DNA of 64,000 nucleotides from Felis catus (Eukaryota). Within the stretch, counting starts at the first letter, position 1. Every line of letters begins with the position of its first letter. The position numbers were made by a program, and so were the translations under genes. Shown here piece by piece: positions 50,365-63,030 of this stretch. The notes beneath the pieces were generated by a model, which saw only the letters and a list, made by a program, of their open reading frames with translations, was not told the DNA's origin and did not search any database. Location: the NCBI RefSeq assembly GCF_018350175.1, contig NC_058368.1, positions 184,576,001 to 184,640,000 of the forward strand, read 5' to 3'.

Positions 50365-53300
50365 AGAGAAACTTCCAGGGAAGACGGAAGAGTACGAAGA
50401 CCCTAAAGCTCACCTCATCCTGCAAATGCCAACAGATAACATGTACATCAGTTCAAATAACCCACAAAATGACCTGAAGACTGGGAGAACAGACTCTCCA
50501 CAGCCAAATATACAAAAGAGGCCACATCAAAGAGGGTAGGAAGGGCATAGATGTGGTGAGGAACTAAATGGACCCTTGGGACTATCTCCTGGAGGGAGGG
50601 ACACCACAAGTGTGAAAAGAGAAGACCAGAGCTCCACACCCAGCACCCCAGGCACAGGAAATCTGCATGAAAACAAGAAAGGCATAATTTCATGAGTTCC
50701 TGCAAGCAGCAAAGGCTTAAAACCTGGAACTTTAAAAATCAGCAGCTCAGCTCTGGCAAGCCAGAGGGCAAGCGGAAAGGGAATCCCCACATGCAAAGAG
50801 ACAGAACAACAAACAGCCCTGTGGAGATACAGCACAGAAGCAGCAGTTTGAAAATGCCTGTGGTATACAGGAGGGAGGTTTGTTTACTAATGTCATAGCA
50901 TGTACTAGAGGGGAAGGGATTATTAGGAGACTTTGCACAAACAAAGAAGCTGGCAGGTGCTATCTCCCTGCCCTGCCCCCCAGCCTAAACATGCAGATCT
51001 CTAGAGGAACTAGCACAGTGCCAATACTCACTACTTAACTTGTTACCCGTATACCCCGCCCCTACATTCTTCTATGGACCTGTCCCCTCCAATAGGCCAT
51101 TGGCCGGAGCCCATCCAAAGCAGTTTCACAAGCATGATAAGGTGATAACAGCCCTGACAGGGACCAGCACCACTACAAAGTGACCCCTGTCCATGGAAGA
51201 GGGAAAGATAACCACACATACCAGTCAACAGAAGCTCCTCAGGGGGCAACACAGGTAGAGTACACTTTAGTTCCATGTGACTGCATTCCTGGTAAACAGC
51301 TGGTCTGACCCAAGTCAAGCCCAAGGTGGCCCCAGACTGGTAATTTACAGCACAGGGAACCAAACCATGCCCACAACAGGTATAGAGAGGCATCATAAAT
51401 GATTGAAATGAAGGCAAAAATGACTTGGCCAAAATACTAGGGCATACACAACACACATAGGAGACACCCCTGAAGCACCAGGTTCTAGTGAACAGGGGTC
51501 ATTGCACTTCCGGGCACTACAGGATCTCTTCTTCATGAGGCCACTATTTGCAAGTGCAGGAACATAGTTTTTCCTAATATATAGAAAGAGTCACAAAGAG
51601 TTAAACAAAATGTGGAGACAGAGGTACATATCCCAAATGAAGGAAAGAACAGGACATAATTACAGCAAGAGAGCTAAACAAAATGAATAGGGTATGCCTG
51701 ATAAAGAATTTAAAGTAAAAGTTATAAAGATACAGATGGGACTAGAGGAAAAAAGGGGAGGAGCTCAGTGAGACTCTTCAAGAGATCAAAAACAAAAAAA
51801 AGAACCAATCAGAGATGAAGATTTTAACAACTGAAATTAAAAACACACTAGACAGAATAAATATCAGACTAGAGGAAGCAGAAGAATGGATAAATAACCT
51901 GGAGGATAGAGTAATGGAAAGCAATCAAGCTAAGCAGGTGAGAGAAAAACAAATAAAAACAAATAAAAATAGATTAAGGGAAATCAGTGACACCATCAAA
52001 CCTAATAACATTCACATTATGGGGATCCCAAAAGGAGAAGACAGAGAAAAAGGAGTAGACAATTTACATGAAGAAATAATACTTAAAACTTCCCAAATGT
52101 GGGCAAGGAAACAGAAATCCAGATCCAGGAGGCACAAAGAGCCCTCAACAAAATCAACCTAAGGAGGTCCAAACAAGACACATAGTAATTAAAATGACAA
52201 AAGAGAAATGATAAAGAAAGAGTTTTAAAAGCAGCAAGAGAGAAGAAAACGGTTACATACAAGGGACTCCATAAGGCTGTCAGAAGGTTTTTCAACACAA
52301 ACTTCACAGACAAGAAGAGAGTGGCATGATTGATATATTCAAAGTGCTTGGAGAAAAAAAAAATCCTGCAGTAAAGAATAGTCTATCCAGCAAGACTATC
52401 ATTCAGAAAAGAGGAGAGATAGTTTCCCAGACAATCAACGTGACATATCACATCAATAAGAGAAAGGATAAATTATGATCATGTCAATAGAGCTGAAAAA
52501 GCAATAGATGCTTTTGCTCTCACCACTTCTATTTGGTACAGTACTGGAAGTTTTAGCCACAGCACACAGACAAAAAAAGAAATAAAAGCATCCAAATAGG
52601 TAAAGAAGAAGTAAAACTGTCACTACTTACAGATGGCATGATACTATATATAGAAAACCATGAATGCTCTATCAAAAATGACTAGAACTGATAAAATCCA
52701 GTAAGTTCACAAGATATAAAATCAATATACAAAATCCATTGCATTTCTATATACTAATAATGAAGTAGCAGAAAGAAAAATTAAGAAAACAATCCCATTT
52801 GCAATTACACCAAAAATAATAAAACATCTATAAACTAAACCAAAGAGGTGAAAGATCTGTATTCTGCAAGCTATAAAACACTGATGAAAGACACTGAAGA
52901 CAATGCAAACAAATGGACATATATTCCATGCTCATGGATTGGAAAAACAAATATTGTTAAAATGTCCCTACTGCCCAATCTACAGATTTAAAGCAATCCC
53001 TATCAAAATACCAACAGCATTTTTCACAGAACTAGAATAAACAATACTAGCATTTGTATGAAACCACAAAAGACCCCGGATAGCCAAAACAATCTTGTAA
53101 AAGAAAAGCTGGAGGCATCACAATTCTGAACATCAAGTTATATTACAAAGCTGTAGTAATCAAAGCAGTACTGTACTGGCACAAAAACAGACACAGAGAT
53201 CAACAGAACAAAACAAAGATCCCAGAAATAAAGCCACAATTATATGTTCAATTAGTCTTTGACAAAGAAGGCAAGAATATTTAATGGGTAAAAGTTTCTT

Positions 53301-54180
53301 CAACAGTGTTAGGAAAATTGGACAGCTGCATGCAAAAGAATGAAACTGGATGATTTTCTTATACCATACACAAAAATGAACTCAAAATGGATTAAGGATC
53401 GCAATGTGAGACCTGAAATCATAAAAATCCTAGAAGAAAGCAGAGGCAGTAATCTCTCTGACATCAGCCATAGCAACATTTTTCTAGATAGGTTTCCTGA
53501 GGCAAAAGAAACAAAAGCAAAAATAAACTATTGGGACTAGATCAAAATAAAAAGTTTCTGCACAGCAAAGGAAACAACAATACTAAGACAACCAAATGAA
53601 TGGGAGGAGATATTCACAAATTACATATTCAGTGAAGGGTTAATACCAAAATATGTAAATAAATTATACAATTCAACACTCAAAAAACAAATAATCCAGT
53701 TTAAAAATGAGGAGAGATGAACAGACATTTCTCCAAAGAAGACATCCAGATGGCCAACAGACACATGAAAAGATGCTTAACATCACTCATCAGGAAAATG
53801 AAAATCAAAACTACAATGAGATATTGTCTCACACGTGTCAGAATGGCTAAAATGAAAAACAGAAGAAACAACAAGTGTTGGCAAGGATGTGGAAAAAAAA
53901 GAATCCTTGTGCACTCTTGGTGTGAGTGAGAACTGGTGCAGCCAATGAAGAAGACAGTGTGGAGTTTCCCGAAAAAATTAAAAATAGAACTACCCCATGA
54001 TCCAGTCATCACACTACTGAATATTTACACAAAGAATATGAAAACACTAATTCGTAAGAACATATACACCTCTACATTAATTGCAGCATTATTTACAATA
54101 GCCAAATTATAGAAGCAGCCCAAGTGTCCATTGCTGGATGAACGGATAAAGAAAATGTGGTGTGTGTGTATACACATGCA

Positions 54181-54233
<53 letters not shown>

Positions 54234-54615
54234 GAATATTATTCAGCTATTAAAAAAAGAATGAAATCTTGCCATTTGCAACAACATGGATGAGGCTAGA
54301 GAGTATAATGCTAAGTGAAATACATTAGAGAAAAACAAATACGATATGATTTCACTCATGTATAGTACTTAAGAAACAAATGAACAAAGAAAAAAAGAGA
54401 CAAACCATAAAACAGATTTGTAACTATAGAGAACAAACTGGTGGTTACCAGAGGGGAAGTGGGTGGAGGAATGGGTTAAATAGGTAAAGGAGATTACAAG
54501 TATGCTTATCATGATTAGCACTGAATAATGTATAGAATTGTTGAATCTCTATATTGTACTCTTGAAACTAATATAACACAGTATGTTAACTACAGTGGAA
54601 TTACAATTTTTTAAA
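50365..54615 (+). mobile_element. Carnivore LINE-1 with 5'UTR, ORF1, internally deleted ORF2 and 3'UTR
   Basis: ORF1 fragment 51815..52162; ORF2 fragments 53340..53540 and 53717..53929; jump from ORF1 into RT at about 52433. Confidence 0.92.
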
Positions 54616-54619
54616 CTAT

Positions 54620-57600
54620 ATGCAAAAGAAGAGTAAATAAAACTCAACATAAGAAAACTAAAGAAAATAGTGCAATAACAAAAAATAAAAAATAGAAAAA
54701 AATCAATGAAAGTAAAACTTGACTTTTTGGATCAATAGTATCAGGCTCTGAACAGTATCAGAATTGAGAGATTATTACTACAGACTCTAATGACATCAAA
54801 AGAATATCAAGGGAAGTTACCAAAAAAATGTTTAAGTTGGATTACATCAAATTCAAAAATTTTCACTGCAAATAATACCATCAAAAAGTAAAAGAGGACA
54901 ACCCAGAGAATAAGAAAAAAACATTTGAAAATAATGTATCTGATAAAGAATTTACAGTTAGCATATATAAACAACCCTTAGAACTCAACAATGAAAAAAT
55001 AAAAACTTGATTTAAAACTGGGGCAATAATTTGAAGAGTCATTTCTCTAAAGAAGATATACAATTGGCCAATACGCACATAAAAAGATGTTCAACACTAG
55101 TCACTAAGGAAATACAACTAAAACTACAGTGAGATACCATGTCACACCCACTAACAACAGACAATAACACATATTGGTGAGCATGTAGAAAAATTACAAC
55201 TATCACATATTTCTCATGGTAATGTAAAATGGTATAGTCACTCTGAAAAAAAACAGTTTGACAGTTCTGCTAAAAGTTAAACATAAGAGTTAACATATGA
55301 TCTCGTAACTCCACTCCTAGGTACTCAAAAGAAATGAAAACATTTGTCCACATAAAAATATATAAATAAATGTTCATAGCAGCATTATTCATAATAGTCA
55401 AAAAGTGGAAATAATCCAAATGTCCATTAAATGACAAACTAACAGGAGATCGGGGAAGATGGCGGCATAGGAGGACGCTGGGCTCACTGCGTCCTGCCGA
55501 TCACTTAGATTCCACCTACACCTGCCTAAATAACCCAGAAAACCATCAGAAGACTAGCAGAACTGATTCTCTGGAGCCAAGTACACACGAGAGGCCCATG
55601 GAAGAGGGTAGGAAGGGTGGAGAGGCGGTGTGCGCTACAAGGACTGGCGGGAGGGAGCCGGGGCGGAGGGGCGGCTCGCCGGCCAAGCAGAGTCCCTGAG
55701 TCTGGCTTGCAAAAGCAGAGGGGCCAGACGGAGTGTGCTCTGACAGCAAGCAGGACTTAACATCTGGGAGGTTATAAGTTAACAGCTCTGCTCAGAGAGT
55801 GGGAAGGCTGGAGGACAACAGGAGGGAGAGTTGTTGAGCTCAGCTTGGTGGGGAACTAAGGCGCTCACCAGCACCATCTCCCTCGCCCACCCCCCAGCCA
55901 AAATCCCGAAGGGAACCAGTTTCTGTCAGGGAACTTGCTTGCACCACGCAAACACCCAACGCTGTGCTTCTGCGGATCCATCCCTCTGCAGTGGGTCTGA
56001 CTCTCTCCCAGTGCCACAGGGCCCCTCCCAAAGTGGATCACTGGAGGATAAACAAGCTGAGCCTGCCCCTCCAGCGCCCCCCCCCCTCCGTGCACCTTGC
56101 CGATCCACCCCAGCTAATATGCCAGATCCCCAGCACCACAAGCCTGGCAGTGTGCAAGTAGCCCAGATGGGCCACGCCACCCCACAGTGAATCCCGCCCC
56201 TAGAAGAGGGGAAGAGAAGGTACACACCAGTCTGACTGTGACCCCAGCAGTGGGCTGGGGGCAGACCTCAGGTCTGACTTCGGCCCCGCCCACCAACGCA
56301 AGTTATTCAAGACAACACAGGGGAAGAGCCCCACAGTTCAGCACCACTCCAGGGACTATCCAAAATGACGAAACGGAAGAATTCCCCTCAAAATAATCTC
56401 CAGGAAATAATGACAGCTAATGAACTGATCAAAAAGGATTTAAACAATATAACAGAAAGTGAATTTAGAATAATAGTCATAAAATTAATCACTGGGCTTG
56501 AAAACAGTATAGAGGACAGCAGAGAATCTATTGCTACAGAAATCAAGGGACTAAGGAACAGACAGAAGGAGCTAAAAATTGAGCTACAAAATAAAATGGA
56601 GACAACCACAGCTCAGATTGAAGAGGCAGAGGAGAAATAGGGGAACTAGAAGATAAAATTATGGAAAAAGATGAAGCTGAGAAAAAGAGAGATAAAAAAA
56701 TCCAGGAGTATGAGGAGAAAATTAGAGAACTAAGTCATGCACTAAAGAGAAATAATATACGCATAATTGGTATTCCAGAGGAGGAAGAGAGAGGGAAAGG
56801 TGCTGAAGGTGTACTTGAAGAAATAATAGCTGAGAACTTCCCTGATCTGGGGAAGGAAAAAGGCATTCAAATCCAAGAGGCACAGAGAACTCCCTTCAGA
56901 CATAACTTGAATCGATCTTCTGCACGACATATCATAGTGAAACTGGCAAAATACAAGGATAAAGAGAAAATTCTGAAAGCAGCTAGGGAGAAACGTGCTC
57001 TCACATATAAAGGGAGACCGATAAGACTCGTGACGGATCTCTCTACTGAAACTTGGCAAGTCAGAAAGGAATGGCAGGAAATCTTCAATGTAATGAACAT
57101 AAAAAAATATGCAGCTGAGAATCCTTTATCCAGCAAGTCTGTCATTTAGAAAAGAAGGAGAGATAAAGGTCTTCCCAAATAAATGACAAACTAACATATA
57201 TCCATACAATGGAATATTATTTGGTCACAAAAAGGAGTAAGCACTTACACATATTATAACATGAAAACAGTATTCTAAGTGAAATAAATCAGTCTCAAAA
57301 TATCACATATTTATTATTCCACTTAGAAGAAATGTCCAGAATAGGAAACTCTGTAGAGATAGAAAGTAGATACAGTAGACAGAAAATGGTTGCCTAGGGC
57401 TATCAGGGAGAGGAGAATAAGGAATAACAGCTAATAGGTATGAAGTTTCTTTTAGGGCAAAGAAACTATTCTAAGAATAGAGAGTGGTAATGGTTTTAAA
57501 ACCCCATGGAAATACTAAAAATCACTGAATATTACCTTTCAAGTGAATTGTATGGTACATGAATTATATTTCAGTGAAGTTGTTAAAACTAACAAAGGAA

Positions 57601-58684
57601 TATAATGAACCACCTTATGGTCATAAATGTGACAAGTCAGACGAAATGAGCAAATTCCTTGACAAAACTAATAAAGCTCATTGAAGAACAAATAGATGAC
57701 TTCGATAGTCCATTATCTATTAACAAAATTTAATCTACAGTTAAAAATCCACCCAGAAAGTAAACACTAGTCACAGATAGCTTCTTTTGTGAATTGGGCC
57801 AAGCAATTAAGAGAAAAACAATAAAAATTCTACATAAAACCTTCAAAAAGTTAAACAAGAAGGAATACTTTCAAGTTCACATTTTGAGATCAGTATTCCC
57901 TTGATACCAAAACCTGGAAGACATGACAAGAAAAGGAAAATATAGAATAATGTTTCTCGTGATCATAGATACAAAACCTCAACATAGTCTTTGCATATCA
58001 ATTCCCACAATAAATAAAAAGAATAACTGACATGACCAAATGCAACACTGTTTTAATGTTCACAAATCAATCAATGTAATCTACCATATTAACATTATAA
58101 AAAAATAAGAAAACATGATCTTATCAATTGATGCAGAAAAATCATTTGTCAAAATTCAACTTCCATTCCTAATAAAAACTCTCAGAACTAAGAATACAGA
58201 GAATTTCCTCCACATATTCAAGACCAACTACAAATAACCTACAGCTAACATTACACTTAATGTTGAAAGACCAAATGTTCTCTTCCTTAGATAAGGAATA
58301 AAACAAGGATGTATATTCTCATTATTTCTCTTCAACATTGTACTAGAGGTTTTAGGCAGTGAAATCAGGGAAAGAAAAGAAATAAAAGCATCAAGGATAG
58401 GAAAAATAAAAACATGTAAAACACTCTTTATTCACAGTCAACATGATCATCTGTATAAAAAAATTCAAATGAAATCTACAAAAAGCTACTGGAACTAATA
58501 AATGAGTTTACTGAAGTGCAGGATAAAAGATCAATACACAAAAACCAATTGTGGGGTGCCTGGGTGGCTCAGTCAGTTAAGCGTCCAACTTCAGCTTAGG
58601 TCATGATCTCGTGGTTCATGGGTTTGAGCCCTGTGTCAGGCTCTGTGCTGAAAGCTTGGAGCTTGGAGCCTACTTTAGATTCTG

Positions 58685-58736
<52 letters not shown>

Positions 58737-59720
58737 CCCATAAATAAATAAACATTAAAAATATTAAAAACCAATTGTATTTTTATATGCTCTCAACAAA
58801 TGAGAATTTGAAATTTAAAAAATAGCATTTACAATAACATAAAAAGTATGGAATATTTTATAATAAATCTGACCAAAGAGGTAAAAAGAGCTATACATTA
58901 AACACTAAGTAATTCAACACAGTACTGGAAGTCCTAGCCCAAGAAATTAGGCAAGAAAAAGAAATAAAAGGAATCCAAATTGGAAAGAAAGAAGTAAAAC
59001 TGTCTCTATTTACAGATATGGTATTATATATACCATGTATATATATAAAACCATAGAGACTCCACACCAAAACAGCTGTTAAGATTAATCAACAAATTAT
59101 GTAAAGTTGCAGGATATACAACTGATATATAAAAATCAGATGTGTTTTCACTCAACAATAAAAAGTAGTGAAGAACTGTTAAATGTAACATGGATAAATC
59201 TTAAATATACTAAGGAAAGAAAATAGACCAGAAAGCACATATACTATATGAATTCATTTACATAAAATTCTACAAAAGGCAAATCTATACTCACAGAAAA
59301 CAGATTCATGTTTGCCTTTGGTGGAGGAGATGGAGAGGGGTTAGAGGAATTACACAAATGAAGAAATTTTTTTTAATATTTATGTTTTAGAGAGAAAAGG
59401 AAGGTAAGAGAAAGTTGGGGAGGGGCAGAGAGAGGAAGACAGAGAATCTGAAGCAGGCTCCGTGCTGCTAGTGCAAGCCCAATGTGGGGCTCAAACTCAC
59501 AAACCATTAGATCATGACCTGAACCAAAGTCAGATGCTTAACTGACAGAGCCACTCAGGTGCCCGTAGGAAATTTTTAAGAGTGATGCACATTTTCATTA
59601 TCTCAATTTTGATGATGGCTTCACTGGCATATACATATATCCCAACGTATCCATTTTTATACTTTAAATATGTGGTTTGTTTTATGACAATTATGCTTTA
59701 ATAAAGTTGTTTAAATTAAG
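54620..59720 (+). mobile_element. Cluster of old L1M ORF2/3' fragments hosting younger insertions
   Basis: Multiple L1 ORF2/3'UTR pieces, including a repeated RT segment at about 58910-59150. Can-SINEs at 58553-58765 (+, TSD aaaaaccaattgt) and about 59366-59564 (-). Confidence 0.8.
55445..57179 (+). mobile_element. Feline LINE-1 5' part only (CpG-rich 5'UTR plus most of ORF1), 3'-truncated, with perfect 17-bp TSD
   Basis: ORF1 peptides 56365..56640 and 56661..57149. TSD taaatgacaaactaaca at 55428-55444 and 57180-57196. Confidence 0.93.
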
Positions 59721-59869
59721 AAAAAGAAGAGAGAAAAACATTTGTATGGAAAGTTAATTTACCAGGAAGTATTATACTCAACAACTGGGAATAAGCCAGA
59801 GTTATATTAAAATCTAATAATTTTTTAATTGATGAAAATGTTGAAAGGCTATAGTTTATTTATATTTAC

Positions 59870-60105
59870 CTTTAAAGATTATTCTATTAGAAAAATCGGC
59901 TTCATCCAAATAGGGCTTCATAAGTCCAACTATACTAATAAAAAACTGATTTTTTTTTGCAAAGTCAACATCTGTTTTTAAACTTTAATAATTGTAATCT
60001 TTTACTCTTGGCTTCTGAGTATTGACATATATTTCATAATAGTTTGGAAATACAATTCTAATTTCTATATTTCACTTTTATTAAGTATTTTGTATCAGGG
60101 GAAAT
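59870..60105 (-). pseudogene. Cadherin exon remnant
   Basis: Acceptor cttcAG, donor AAG|GTAAAT. Translation VFPNYYEIYV / SEAKSKRLQLLKF / KTDVDFAKKNQFFISIVG matches F..Y.I.I.E....LL.V.ATD.D.G.N...YSI.G. Confidence 0.7.
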
Positions 60106-61083
60106 CTGAAGTATAAGCACCTAACATTGTGTAATACAGATTTTGTTTTAAATAGCATAAGTAATTCAATTTACATGTTTAACACCATCATCCAATATAA
60201 ACTGAGTACCAAAAAAACCCTCACCTTCTCTCACCACATTTCTGAATTTTATGTAGACAGAAAAATGCTTATGCAGTGTGAATATTCTTAAAGGTAAAAT
60301 ATGGCTCTCTTATAAATTTCCAGACACTTAATATTTACTTTTTATATGAAATATTATGGGCTTGAGGCTATAGGATATATTCAGCAGTATAAAATGTATT
60401 CTCTACCCTTAAGGAGCTTAAAATCTAATAGAGGAAATAAGAGTAACACATAATAGTAAAATCGATAGGTGATAGTATAAAAATTAGTAATGTAATTAGG
60501 TGGTCAATGAGTAATCTCTGTGAGTTTAGAGAAGGCAATAGTTTGGGACGGTTTCTAGATGATGATGCGAGTTTATCACACGGCACCATAACTGCCTATT
60601 TACTTGTCAGATTCCCCATTATAATGTAAGCTCCTTGAAAGCAGAGATTCTGTCTTGTTACGAGCTGAGCACTAAAGTTCATGCCTGCAAAAGCAAGCAC
60701 TCAATACATGGTTGGTGAATAATCTATGAATAACAGAATAGAAGGGTTAGGCATGTAGGATCTGAATGCACAAATAAGACAATTCAACTTTTGGAAGAGC
60801 TGGTAGTATTAAGCAAAGGCATATAGTTGGAAAAGTAAGAATGATTCTGCAAGAGTGACCAAGCCAACATACCCAGAGCGTTAAATGAATGCAGAATAGG
60901 CAGATAAGATAGAAATGGAGTCATTAGTACAACCCCCATTAAGACCGGAGGTAACAGCACCAATTAGAGGACAGATGTAATGCACATGTAAGCCAAAGAA
61001 GTCCCTAGTCAAGTCCCTACTGTCAAGTGAACAGTAGAAAAAGAAACTAGTTATAACCCAACATCCATGACAGAGGAAAAATT

Positions 61084-61200
61084 GTATCTGCCTTAGTAAC
61101 ACACACTAAAATCAGAATGATACAGAGATAAGCATGCCCACTCAACAAGGATGAGATGCAAATTCATGAAGCATTCCATATATTACTAAAAAAAAAAGAA
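61084..61200 (+). pseudogene. RNU6: U6 snRNA retropseudogene, near full length, with A-tail
   Basis: cactaaaatcagaatgatacagaga..agcatg..caaggatgagatgcaaattcatgaagcattccata aligns by eye to U6 (ACAGAGA box retained). Followed by A-run; lies among L2 fragments. Confidence 0.9.
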
Positions 61201-61459
61201 AAAGAACTGTCAGCAAATGCTGACTGAGTTGAGAGGAAGCACAAAAAGTGTGGAAAGTAAGGATGACCAAGCCTTCAACTCTGCATAACAGGAAATACAG
61301 TAGTATATTTCAACACTGGATGGGGGATTCATTTTGATAGGAAAATTAAAAGTGTTTTAATATTAAACTTACATTTTTACACATCAAATAAGAAAACTCA
61401 AGGAGAAAGTGTGAGATTTTCAGACAGATCACTAGAGAGATGAGGATTAGATGTATTTC

Positions 61460-61461
<2 letters not shown>

Positions 61462-61504
<43 letters not shown>
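61462..61504 (+). repeat. Long poly(A) tract (about 43 nt)
   Basis: Seen directly. Confidence 0.95.
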
Positions 61505-61506
<2 letters not shown>

Positions 61507-61876
61507 TAATCAGAATTTTTAGCTGAATCCAGAAGAGTAAATGTGAGCTATAGGAAATGTCCATAATGTTAAAGGACACTGGAAAAAAGAGGGAAAGATC
61601 ACTGGAAAAAGATATATACTCAGGATGTCATAGCACCAAAGAGGCTAAAGAGCGATCTTAAAGCAAGGGCTGATATTAGTAGAGATAACCAGAAGGAGAA
61701 AGATTTGACCACCATGGAAGATATCAATTACCTTTGAGAATTTAAATCAGGCTAGACATCTGGTTCCTAATTTTAAAGGAGAACAAATGGTGAAAATTTT
61801 GATGTAGCATAGTATGTACATTGTACTGCCACAAGAAGTGTGGATATAAAAAAAAATTAGTGCTTAGCAATAAGGA

Positions 61877-61879
<3 letters not shown>

Positions 61880-61929
<50 letters not shown>
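61880..61929. repeat. (GT)n microsatellite
   Basis: Seen directly. Confidence 0.95.
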
Positions 61930-61933
<4 letters not shown>

Positions 61934-61959
61934 CCAGGAAGGAGAGGGAATGGGCAGGA

Positions 61960-62406
61960 GAGTGGGAACTGGTGCACATTTAAACACAACAAAATATACT
62001 AATAATCCAAATCCAAGAATAATCAATCTTGCAGACTGCCTAATTAGATGTTGACTTTTAAAAGCAAAACCTCAACATCTCTTTAGACCTACTCTTTCTA
62101 AAATAGTAGCCACCAACTATTTGTGGCTGTTTAAATTAACTGAATTAAGTTAAAAATTCAGTTCCTCATTCACACCAGTCACATTTCAAGTGCTCCACAG
62201 CCACATGTGACTAGTGGCTATCATCCAAGACAATGCATATACAGAATATTTTCATAATCCCTGAAATTTTCATTGGACAGCTATGCTTCATACCATGGCC
62301 TTTTGAAAGTATGTAAATTAACTCCAAATTTTTCTGAAATGTGTTGTATTTTAATAGAATAATGTGTTCATCCTCTTTAGTCCTTCTCCAAAGTAAGCAC
62401 AAGCAC
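61960..62406 (-). pseudogene. Cadherin exon remnant split by MER3
   Basis: Before the MER3: KEDEHIILLKYN / HISEK..ILS / KAM. After it: KVNI*LGSLQD*LFLDLDY* (LDYE with GAG>TAG at about 61999-62014). Confidence 0.5.
62089..62285 (-). mobile_element. MER3 (hAT-Charlie)
   Basis: cacatttcaagtgctccacagccacatgtgactagtggcta...cattggacag; 8-bp TSD ctttagac/cttcatac (6/8). Confidence 0.88.
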
Positions 62407-63030
62407 CTACATGCATGCGCACGTACAGCATTTTACTGAGAAAGACATAAATCAAAAACAGAATTCAACTTGCACAGAACCATAAGCATTGATTACAAAT
62501 CCCTAGAAATACTACATGACTGGTGAATGTCTTCTTTTTTAGTTTTTTTCCTGACACATAAATTCATCAAGCATTTTCAATATACATACATTTCACAGAT
62601 GGGTTTCACAGATGGGCAGACTGAGGCCCACCGAGAGGAACAGTGATCAGGAATAGCTATGAGGAATGTCAGTCAGTTGCTCCAGCATGTTTCTCTCTCT
62701 GAGGACTCTCTTTTCAACAGCCAGAGCCCAGTCAGCTCTATCTCCATGTACTTCCAGAGAAAGCATTTCCCGTGATCTCTCTGACAGGTGTCAGAAACCT
62801 CACCCACAGGCTTTGTCAAATACTAGCTGAGAAATCAACCACGGGATAGATACCTCCTACTAGATGTGTACCATGTAGGTAGGTAGATATTTCATCTGAG
62901 ACAATTATCCACTGCAATATGACAGCATACAAGCACACATGAACACCTAGTTTTTTACTGCTTTTCTGTCAAAGAGCCAAATGAAAACTGTTCCAAAAAA
63001 GCATCTTCTTCAGTTCCCCTCTCTACTCAC

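Noticed and set aside
55445..56360. CpG-rich region as a host gene promoter or CpG island
   Set aside because: It is the feline L1 5'UTR, within a TSD-flanked insertion.
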